Positions 55,942 through 64,000 of a stretch of DNA of 64,000 bases are shown here, in pieces. Below the pieces are notes generated by a model that did no database searches, had not been told where the DNA came from, and saw only the letters and a program-made list of their open reading frames with translations. Origin of the DNA: a virus (lineage: Duplodnaviria > Caudoviricetes); the IMG/VR virus record IMGVR_UViG_3300010965_000001, positions 96,001 through 160,000 of that record; one strand, given 5' to 3'. The position numbers were made by a program, and so were the translations under genes. How positions within the stretch are numbered: position 1 is the first letter of the stretch; every line of letters starts with the position of its first letter.

Positions 55942-58900
55942 TATCTATATCTCATATTAACAGAAACTGCGGTGAATTTAAAGTTAATTGAACTTCCAGG
56001 TGCAATACTAAATAACTGTATCATTCCTGTGAATGTGTTTCCTGCCGTCAATCCTCTTTCTTTTTCTGGAAATGTACCATCGCCAGTATCATAATTTGTA
56101 AACGGTGACGTTATTGTCGTTGTTCCAAAATTCTTTTCATAAATATTTGGAGTTGGTGTACTTCCTTCACCAAAAACACGTCCTGGTTCTGTTTCATACC
56201 ATGAACCGTTCACTGTTGGTGTTACAGCGTCTCTAAGATAAACAGGTGTAAATATATCCGCCATTACTTGTGTATTGAATTTACTTACTTCCCATCCAAA
56301 TGGAGGAATGTAAATCCAAGTATTCGCGTGAATGTACGATATACCATTTTTAGCACTGTTCTGTCCATGTCCATAATAGAATATGGTTGGATGTAAAAAA
56401 TATCCTGAACCATCTACTGGAGGCGTGTATCCTTTTTGTTTGCTTGACGGCCAATTGAGTTTATCAAGTTTTGCAATATTCTCAAAAATTGGAAGTGCCG
56501 TTCCATTGGTAACAAGTGTTGGCAAAGATACACCATTAGAGTACCACTTGTACGTGTCCATCACCGTAATATAATCTGATACTCCTGTCTGTACAGGCGC
56601 GTTTACTTTTGCCAATGCTTCTATGATAAGACTGATATTGGTAAAGTATTGCACCATTAGATTTGTTGCCTTATGCATGACGGTCAATACTTTTTCAGAA
56701 TAAGAAGTACCGTTGAACACACGTTTTTCATTTGTCACAACTTGTGTGATATATACGGACTGTGTTGATAAACTTGCATCAATCATGTTAAACAAATCAG
56801 TGAATCCCTGTAATATAAACTTCATATCGTTGGATTTACTTATCAAATATTCAAGTGGAAATACTTTTAACTCTGGTCTTGCTTGTTTGTCTGCCATATC
56901 AGAAAATATCTTAGGAAACTTATTTATTGCAAAGTCAAATGCAAGAACCATATTGTAATTTATATCTTTTGAATCTATGGTATCTACCGTTCCTAACAAA
57001 ACAGACAACAAATTTTTAACTTTTGTTGAAGTTTTATTGTTTAATATTTTCTCACTGAAATCAAACAACGAACACCAAGGTAACTGCGGAGGATTTTGTG
57101 GTTTAGGCCACTTACCTTCCGATGGGTTCTGCATATGAAAATCATTGAAAATAGTTTGATAATATTTAGTTGTTGTCCTATCTGACCAATTTTTGTTCAA
57201 TTCCCAATTTGTATATGGAACTGATGTTATTCGTAACGATTCTTGAAAATTTGTCTGTGGTATTGATATTAAAATCATATTCAGAACTTGAATGTAATTT
57301 ATATAAAAATTGGCATAGATGTTTTCCAATGCAGATGTTGATAAATTTGACAAATTGAATTGTGTTATCAACGTTACCCAATTTACCTCTGTTTGGTATT
57401 TGGTTAAAAGTAAATTACTTTCAATCAATCCTTTAAGAGAGTTATTGTATGTGTCTGCGTTATACCCATAAAAATTATCTAATGTTTTCTCTAATCCCAT
57501 TAAAAAGTTTAACTGCTTACTCATTTGAATGCTCAGCGTGTTAATGTTCGCATTTAATTTAGAATTCATGTCCGTCAATTGAGTGTTTATATCAGACAAT
57601 ACAGATGGGTCACTGTAATCAAGTCGTGGATTTTCATAAATAAATCGCAACTCATGTGAATTTTCATCCTCTGTACCACCACTTCTAAACGGTGACTGTG
57701 GTATTCCATCTACAACAGTTCCCTTTAATGAATTCATATAATGATAACTACCATTGTATGGTTGTCCATCAAGTGTGAATATTGAACTGTTTGACGTTAG
57801 ATTACTGTAATCCTTGTCACCCTTCAATATTAAGTTAACATACACAATTTCATTCTTCTTAATTATTTCTTTATTTAGTGTTGTAACCTCATTTTTATTA
57901 TTAATCAATTCGGTATATGAATCTCCAACAGTTATTTTTGGAGTATTTTGCTTTATCATTGCCGACACATCAACATATTGTATATATGGTTTTGATACGG
58001 TTGGCGCAGAATTTTGTGTGATAACAGTTGTTCCGCCACCGACCACATCACCAATAACAGTTGATACTGTAGTGAATGTCCACCACGTTGACGGATACTT
58101 ACCCATTGATAAATAATTTCCAAGTCCATCATCTAATAGATAATCTACTTTACCTCTCCACTTATACACCTTATCCTTGACAAGAGTTGCTGTCACCGAT
58201 GGAAATTTAAGAAGAGTGTATGATTTTATATCATTTGGTGAACCATCTGGATATATTTCAATTGTATATTGCTTTACAACTTTTTTGGATTGACCGTCTG
58301 GTGCATTATACATCAACAATGTATGTTGTCCAGAATCAACCTGTATCTGTGTATCGTATGGAGAATTTGGTGTTAACACTGGTGCTTCATCGATTGGCGT
58401 GGTTGTTCCATCACCATCTTCTCTACCAAGTACTACATCTGTTCCACCAGTACCAGTCTTTGCATTTAAAGACAAATCTGTAGTTGTAAAATTACGTATA
58501 ATACTCCACGCACCTGCTCCAGCGTTATTCGATGCTCTTACTCTCCAATAATATTTAGTAGCATTCTGTAATCCCTGTGCAGTAACTGCGGTAGTTGCTA
58601 TACCATTAACATTCATTGGAAGTACATTTGCTTCAAATGTATTCGTCTTGGAAACTTGAACTTGATATGCAAGTGCAGAAGGTGCTGCGTTCCATGACAA
58701 TCCACCAGTTGCAGGGATATTCTTGCTATCATTCAATGGTAATTTCAATGTAGGAGCAGATGGTATTCCACTTGGTGTTGGTGGGGGAGGCAATACCTTA
58801 TTACCCGTTGTAGTGAACTGTGCTCTTGCCCATTCACTTGCCACACCAGATGCACCAATTGCACGAACTTCCCACCAATAATCGGCACCGTCTTCTAAAT

Positions 58901-60803
58901 CAAATATACTTGAAAATCCGACTATGCCAGTCTTACCAGCGTAACCACCGCCGTAACTCGCGTCTGCATATATTCTAACTTCATAACTCGTTGCCGCAGG
59001 TGAACCGTTCCACTTGAATAATATTCCCTTAGAATTCACGTTAGTCAGTAATGTCGGTCCAACTATTTCTGGCATAGGTGGAGGAGGATTTACTGGTGCA
59101 GGCGGTAATTCAACTGAAGTTGCAACCGAAGGTGTGTTAAAAAATATAACTGGAGTTGACGGTTGACTTGCTACGCCCATTGAGTTTACCGCTGTAATAG
59201 TTGCTTCATACTGACTTCCCAATACCAAGTCTACGATGTCTGCCGTTGTTGACATTGCCCCATAAAATGGATATTCACTCCACTGTGGGGAACTACCAAA
59301 TCTCAATTTAAGTATATACGATGCCGCATCCAATACTGAATTCCATTGGAATGAAGATACCAATTTACCAGAAGGAGATGTTGAAAATCTCACCGTTGGA
59401 TTGAGTGATGGAGTTATAGGTACACCCGGCTCAGTTGGTGGAGGTGTTGTCGTTGTCATGGATGGTGTATGAAACTGCGTCCACGTTGGTCCAAATGACC
59501 CATAGCCATAAATATTACCAGACTGAACGTTATATTCATATGCCGTGTCGGGCGTTAATGTATAATTTGTCGCAGTGGTTGCCATTGCACCAATAGTGGT
59601 GATATATGTTACTGGCTGGTCGGAATTTGCTCTGTGATATTGTAAGTTATACTTGTCCGCACCAGGTTGCATGCTCCACTCAAATACGGTCTGAACTTTA
59701 CCATCAACAATAGTTGTTTGTGGTACTTTTTTGACAGGTGGAAGTGGCACAGTTGCCGTTGGTGTAGGTGGTGGTTGTGTTACAGTTCCATTAGATGTTG
59801 TAAATGTATTAACTACCCAATCACTTTTTACTCCAGTACCACCAACAGAACGAACTCTCCAATATATCAATCGATTTGGGTCAAAACCCGTATCTGATTG
59901 ATTTACAACAGTTGATGTATTTACAGTTGTTATGAATACAGTGTCTCCATCAAAATACGGATTCAAATCAAGTTCAACCTCATATGTCGTAGCACCTTGT
60001 GCTGGAATCCATGCAAGAGAAATAGTTGTACTTCCTACCACCTGCCCGTTGATAGGGGAATTGAGTGTTGGCGGTAACAATGGTGGTAATGGTGGAACAT
60101 CCACCAATGCCTGTGCAGTGTTTCCCGTAGTAAATGAATATACATCTGACCAAGGGCTTCCTGTTCCACTTGCCGTAGTACTTCCCTCCGACATAACTCT
60201 CCAGTAATATGTCGTGTTTGGTTTCAATCCTCTATATGTTTTATTTGGTGTAGAACTATCCACCACAAATTGCGTTCCAATTTCTCTAAACGGGTCTATC
60301 GGGACTTCGAAAAATTTCGATGTTCCGTTTGTTTGCATATACCAACCTGTTGACGTATACACAAAATATGGGTCTGTAAATAATTGAACGTAATAACGTG
60401 CGGCTTGTACTGGTTGCCATTCAACAGTATAACCACCCGTTGACGGATTCGTAGAAACATTAGTAGCACCATTTGATGGTGACAATAATATAGGAGTGGT
60501 AGCCTCACCAACTTTGGTTGTTCTGAAATGATATACATCCGAACGTGGACTTTGCCCATGCTCATTTTCTGCCCACACCTGCCAATAGTAATCAAGAAAT
60601 TCACCTAACCCATAAGTATATTTAGACTTTGGCAAGGTGTTGTAGTCGTACACTACACTATTTTGCATGTCGGGCGTGGTGGACACCAACGTGTAATATG
60701 CGGCGGCACCAGGTGATTCTGTCATAATAAATTGCACATTGGATACAGTCGTTAAATCATTTTCTGCTGGATACACAATGGTTGGAGTAATTGGAATAGC
60801 CAT
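55941..60803 (-). CDS. Large virion-associated protein with about seven fibronectin type III repeats
   Basis: Repeated PxLxSPxNG...W......Y.VQ......L....xYYWRVRA....G.WS....FTT units with Pro-rich linkers in about aa 1-780; helical Asn-rich C-terminal half. Confidence 0.75.
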   Translation of the reverse strand: MAIPITPTIVYPAENDLTTVSNVQFIMTESPGAAAYYTLVSTTPDMQNSVVYDYNTLPKSKYTYGLGEFLDYYWQVWAENEHGQSPRSDVYHFRTTKVGEATTPILLSPSNGATNVSTNPSTGGYTVEWQPVQAARYYVQLFTDPYFVYTSTGWYMQTNGTSKFFEVPIDPFREIGTQFVVDSSTPNKTYRGLKPNTTYYWRVMSEGSTTASGTGSPWSDVYSFTTGNTAQALVDVPPLPPLLPPTLNSPINGQVVGSTTISLAWIPAQGATTYEVELDLNPYFDGDTVFITTVNTSTVVNQSDTGFDPNRLIYWRVRSVGGTGVKSDWVVNTFTTSNGTVTQPPPTPTATVPLPPVKKVPQTTIVDGKVQTVFEWSMQPGADKYNLQYHRANSDQPVTYITTIGAMATTATNYTLTPDTAYEYNVQSGNIYGYGSFGPTWTQFHTPSMTTTTPPPTEPGVPITPSLNPTVRFSTSPSGKLVSSFQWNSVLDAASYILKLRFGSSPQWSEYPFYGAMSTTADIVDLVLGSQYEATITAVNSMGVASQPSTPVIFFNTPSVATSVELPPAPVNPPPPMPEIVGPTLLTNVNSKGILFKWNGSPAATSYEVRIYADASYGGGYAGKTGIVGFSSIFDLEDGADYWWEVRAIGASGVASEWARAQFTTTGNKVLPPPPTPSGIPSAPTLKLPLNDSKNIPATGGLSWNAAPSALAYQVQVSKTNTFEANVLPMNVNGIATTAVTAQGLQNATKYYWRVRASNNAGAGAWSIIRNFTTTDLSLNAKTGTGGTDVVLGREDGDGTTTPIDEAPVLTPNSPYDTQIQVDSGQHTLLMYNAPDGQSKKVVKQYTIEIYPDGSPNDIKSYTLLKFPSVTATLVKDKVYKWRGKVDYLLDDGLGNYLSMGKYPSTWWTFTTVSTVIGDVVGGGTTVITQNSAPTVSKPYIQYVDVSAMIKQNTPKITVGDSYTELINNKNEVTTLNKEIIKKNEIVYVNLILKGDKDYSNLTSNSSIFTLDGQPYNGSYHYMNSLKGTVVDGIPQSPFRSGGTEDENSHELRFIYENPRLDYSDPSVLSDINTQLTDMNSKLNANINTLSIQMSKQLNFLMGLEKTLDNFYGYNADTYNNSLKGLIESNLLLTKYQTEVNWVTLITQFNLSNLSTSALENIYANFYINYIQVLNMILISIPQTNFQESLRITSVPYTNWELNKNWSDRTTTKYYQTIFNDFHMQNPSEGKWPKPQNPPQLPWCSLFDFSEKILNNKTSTKVKNLLSVLLGTVDTIDSKDINYNMVLAFDFAINKFPKIFSDMADKQARPELKVFPLEYLISKSNDMKFILQGFTDLFNMIDASLSTQSVYITQVVTNEKRVFNGTSYSEKVLTVMHKATNLMVQYFTNISLIIEALAKVNAPVQTGVSDYITVMDTYKWYSNGVSLPTLVTNGTALPIFENIAKLDKLNWPSSKQKGYTPPVDGSGYFLHPTIFYYGHGQNSAKNGISYIHANTWIYIPPFGWEVSKFNTQVMADIFTPVYLRDAVTPTVNGSWYETEPGRVFGEGSTPTPNIYEKNFGTTTITSPFTNYDTGDGTFPEKERGLTAGNTFTGMIQLFSIAPGSSINFKFTAVSVNMRYR

Positions 60804-60845
60804 TTATTTTTCCTTTATTTACGATGTTGGTGTTACGTTACTATT

Positions 60846-61487
60846 TTATGTATCGATTGCTCTTCCACCACCAGGAGGAGGTGCCGTTGGAATATAAGTT
60901 GGTGTAGCGTTAAACGTCTTTAAGTCTATCTTTTGATTTTCGACTAAGAATGCGTTAATTCCTTCTTGCACTATATCATTATTAAATGACTCATAATTTC
61001 CAATGAATGCTTGTAATGCTGGACTGTATTTTGTTATATTATCACCACTCATCATAAAGTCTGTTAACGATTTTGTCATTCCACCCAACACACCACCGAA
61101 GGAATTGATGATTGTGACGGATGCGTTAAGTTGTTCGTTCAACTGTATAATTCTATTTCGTAATGTGTCATTTTGAAGTAATAATGCTTCTATTTCGTTT
61201 GGAGAATATTGTGCACTATCACCAGTTAAATAATTTACACTGTTTGCTACTAAGTATGCGTGTGTTTTATATGTGGTATTATTCGCGTCAACAGGCACTC
61301 CTGTCGGCGGCACTTTGTTTATCTTGCCAGGGTCAATACTGTCTTTTAGTTTATCATACAATCTAAACAGCGTATCAATCTCATCTTCACCTGCCAACTC
61401 AAATATAGTGTCATCAATGATATTTTCTTCATTGATATTTGGTGGAGGTGGATTATACAATTCACTTTTAAATGGTGTGTCTGCCAT
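60846..61487 (-). CDS. Hypothetical coiled-coil protein
   Basis: 213 aa with LLQNDTLRNRIIQLNEQL; ends PTYIPTAPPPGGGRAIDT. Confidence 0.6.
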   Translation of the reverse strand: MADTPFKSELYNPPPPNINEENIIDDTIFELAGEDEIDTLFRLYDKLKDSIDPGKINKVPPTGVPVDANNTTYKTHAYLVANSVNYLTGDSAQYSPNEIEALLLQNDTLRNRIIQLNEQLNASVTIINSFGGVLGGMTKSLTDFMMSGDNITKYSPALQAFIGNYESFNNDIVQEGINAFLVENQKIDLKTFNATPTYIPTAPPPGGGRAIDT

Positions 61488-61488
61488 A

Positions 61489-62568
61489 TTATCTTCCTAC
61501 TTTAAAGTAAAATTTATCATCTAAAATAATTGTATTTGCCGTATTCTCTACCTTCAATACAAACTTATAATACCGTTCAGGTTGAAGACCACTCATATCA
61601 AAATTGAAATAATTAATTGTTCCATCACAACTTAACTTCGTAGAATTTACGTCGAATGGAATCAACACTTCTTCTGTATGTGCATCCATTACGGAGTAGT
61701 AAGAAGTTTGTGGAAGTGCCTGTCCAATTAAATAACGTGAACTTGTAACGAACGCTCTTGCTGGGTATCTTCCTCTTGCAAACACATCTACTCTTGCAAC
61801 TTCAGATGTCTTATATTCCGCTTTCAGTTGATTCATTGAAATCAATGTGTGGTTAATATCCGCCAATGCCAAACTACCTGTAGCATATGAAGAATCATCC
61901 CACTTTACTTGAAGTAATGGTGGGTAGATTGTATGTGTATCTCTTGAAAAGAAATTAAGAGAACCGTATTCATTTCCATCTGCTTCGAATGCGGCAGGAA
62001 ATTTTAAAATAAATCCGTAATTAGGTGTGCTTCCGCTTATCCAAGCATTTACTATCTGCGTTACATCCATTAGAATGTCAGATGTTTCATATGAGAATGC
62101 CTGCGATGCTGATGGTGATGCTGCCCACGTTCCACCCTGTAATGTCGTATCTACGGGTAGTCCACCAACCCACGGAGTAACACCATCCGTGAAATTCCAA
62201 CTCACACCATCTATGATGATTGGATTTGCAAATCTATTTCCCATTCCCATTTGCCAATCTTGCGATACAGGATGTGCTTCAAGATTATACTTGATTTTCA
62301 TTCTGTCCGCATGGGTTGTACTAAGTTTTAAATAAAATGCAGGATTGGTAATTCTACCTGATGCAACTGAGCTTGAAATGTCCGTGATGTCGAATTTAAT
62401 TAATGGACGAGCAATCGATGCGGATACTGCGGTAGTCTCAGTCAACGTCCCTACATTAATTTTAAGAAAACTTTTACGGATTTCTAAAATCTCATCAAGA
62501 CCTGTATTTAATGTCGGAATGTCATTATATATCGTAGCATCTGATTCTACGAAAGTACTTTTAATCAT
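61489..62568 (-). CDS. DNRLRE-domain-like baseplate-associated protein
   Basis: DATIY....NTGLDEILEI, RPLIKFDI, MDVTQIVNAW..NYGFILK, FFSRDTHTIYPPLLQVKWDDS. Confidence 0.6.
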   Translation of the reverse strand: MIKSTFVESDATIYNDIPTLNTGLDEILEIRKSFLKINVGTLTETTAVSASIARPLIKFDITDISSSVASGRITNPAFYLKLSTTHADRMKIKYNLEAHPVSQDWQMGMGNRFANPIIIDGVSWNFTDGVTPWVGGLPVDTTLQGGTWAASPSASQAFSYETSDILMDVTQIVNAWISGSTPNYGFILKFPAAFEADGNEYGSLNFFSRDTHTIYPPLLQVKWDDSSYATGSLALADINHTLISMNQLKAEYKTSEVARVDVFARGRYPARAFVTSSRYLIGQALPQTSYYSVMDAHTEEVLIPFDVNSTKLSCDGTINYFNFDMSGLQPERYYKFVLKVENTANTIILDDKFYFKVGR

Positions 62569-62578
62569 TGGTTACTCC

Positions 62579-64000
62579 TTAGTAATTTACTACACGACCA
62601 GTTATGTCTTGATTTGGGAACTTTATTTCAAATATACTTGCGTCCGCCGCTGGATAAATAATTCCACCATCTGGTGAGAATGCCGCGGTGATACCACCTT
62701 CATATGATGCATTTGAATAATTACCACCGACTTTATTTGTAACTTTGACCGATGGAACCGACTGTACACCGTTGACTAATGAAATCAAATTATAAATTTC
62801 CGACATGATAATCGGTTTGTTGATTTGCATATTGTCATTGTTAAAGTAATCTTTTAATGCTAAAATACAACGAAGTAATACTTCATTTTGATTGTAATTC
62901 TTCAACACAACGATGGAGAAGTCTACTCCAATGTTGATTATGTATGCGTCCATCAAATTCAATGAATCACCGAGCATCCGATAGAATCCCAAGTATTGTG
63001 TTAAATTATATTTGGTTGCCGCGTTTACTTTCACAAAGTTCTTTGCACTGTCATATGCCAAACAATACAAGTTAATTGCCATTGGATTGTCTGTAGACGG
63101 TGGAGTTGGAAGTACCGCCGTTGTAGGTGTGCTGTTTCCAATCTCAGTATCAATTGCTCTTCCACCGCCAGCGGGTGGTTGAGTTGGAGTATACGTATTG
63201 ACAATTGGTGTGGATGAATGAATTTGGTCATCTCTAATCGCAAATACTTTTGCAATACTTCCAAGTTTTTGTGGAAGTGCCAATGTACGAATCATGTAAT
63301 CTTGAGCAGTTACACATCGATTCTGTGCGTTGAAATACGCCATTGCGTTCTGTCGAATCTCTTCATCCGATTCTGCCTCTCTACCGCCCTGTGCAGGTTC
63401 TTCATTCGTTGCGGTGATACTATTTTGAACAAATGTAAGAATTCCACTATTTAATCCAGTTGAATTCATCTCACCAAGTTGGATGGATTGTAACTCCGTT
63501 ATACTTCCTGCACTCACGTTTGACTGAAATCCTCCACCAGCATAATAACGAACCGTCAATGTAACATCAGAGGGAACTTCACCATTTGCCTTCATATAAA
63601 GAAAGTTAGTAGGGTCCAATGCTCTGTTGTTTACGGCGGTTGTTTCGAATCCACTGTTAATTGTTTCTTGATTTGCAAACAATATTGAGTCTGCATCAAT
63701 AGCAACACCCGAACCAAACATCAATTCGGTTGTATTATCCACGTTAACTTTCTTAACAAACTTTTTATTGGTTAAGATGTAATTTAACAAATATGGTGTT
63801 TCACGTTCGAATGCAGAAAATACATTATACATACTTGCGTTATTTTCATTGAGTTGTAATATAGTCTGTTGTGCAAGGTATGGAACTTCATACCACACAT
63901 AACCACGACTATCTACCACGTCCATAATTTCAATAACATCCGTTCTATTAATTTTTATAGATGGATTTGGTTGTGTGTTCTGTGGAAAGTAAAATGTTTC
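62579..64000 (-). CDS. Baseplate wedge protein, gp6-like (3' part; the frame is open to the window edge)
   Basis: WYEVPYLAQ, ELMFGSG, PAQGGREAESDEEIRQNAMAYFNAQNRCVTAQDY, YRMLGDS....AYIINIGVDF, SIFEIKFPNQDI.GR. Bases 63926-64000 remain open in frame (ETFYFPQNTQPN...). Confidence 0.8.
   Translation of the reverse strand, partial: ETFYFPQNTQPNPSIKINRTDVIEIMDVVDSRGYVWYEVPYLAQQTILQLNENNASMYNVFSAFERETPYLLNYILTNKKFVKKVNVDNTTELMFGSGVAIDADSILFANQETINSGFETTAVNNRALDPTNFLYMKANGEVPSDVTLTVRYYAGGGFQSNVSAGSITELQSIQLGEMNSTGLNSGILTFVQNSITATNEEPAQGGREAESDEEIRQNAMAYFNAQNRCVTAQDYMIRTLALPQKLGSIAKVFAIRDDQIHSSTPIVNTYTPTQPPAGGGRAIDTEIGNSTPTTAVLPTPPSTDNPMAINLYCLAYDSAKNFVKVNAATKYNLTQYLGFYRMLGDSLNLMDAYIINIGVDFSIVVLKNYNQNEVLLRCILALKDYFNNDNMQINKPIIMSEIYNLISLVNGVQSVPSVKVTNKVGGNYSNASYEGGITAAFSPDGGIIYPAADASIFEIKFPNQDITGRVVNY

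Noticed and set aside
1-64000. The many 60-145 aa ORFs overlapping the long genes on the opposite strand or in other frames
   Set aside because: They lie wholly within well-supported genes, lack SD or promoter context and show no motifs, so they are treated as shadow ORFs.
1-64000. Stop-codon reassignment, as seen in some large phages
   Set aside because: Core genes (terminase, portal, capsid, sheath, primase) are full length in the standard code, and coding density is already near complete.
1-64000. CRISPR array, tRNA or rRNA genes
   Set aside because: No regularly spaced direct repeats were seen. The few intergenic gaps are short and explained by promoters and terminators, and no cloverleaf was evident by eye. 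A tRNAscan run would be the formal check.

Overview
This window is the virion-morphogenesis region of a large T4-like myovirus. It is AT-rich, densely coding in the standard code, and almost entirely on the minus strand. Read in transcription order (right to left) it holds baseplate and wedge genes, an embedded DNA-metabolism block (resolvase-like nuclease, primase, fused SbcD-SbcC), three tail-fibre/adhesin genes, a cluster of enzymes and membrane proteins, terminase, portal, head core proteins, prohead protease, ribosomal protein bS21, scaffold, major capsid protein, neck, sheath, tube and the start of a gp26-like hub gene. A T9SS sorting domain and host-type beta-propellers point to a Bacteroidota-Chlorobi-Ignavibacteria host (inference). 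The main candidates for new biology are: (1) a 913-aa ORF fusing three different nucleotidyl-transfer folds, separated by head-protease-type sites, near a zinc protease with the same leader, which may be a packaged and injected enzyme kit; (2) a convergent cassette of a secreted GH18 hydrolase and a T9SS cargo protein inside the head/neck operon; (3) a gene-oriented promoter motif TATTTATA, the reverse complement of the T4 late promoter; (4) a shared N-terminal leader on many head proteins. No database searches were run, so all product calls rest on motifs read by eye and on gene order.
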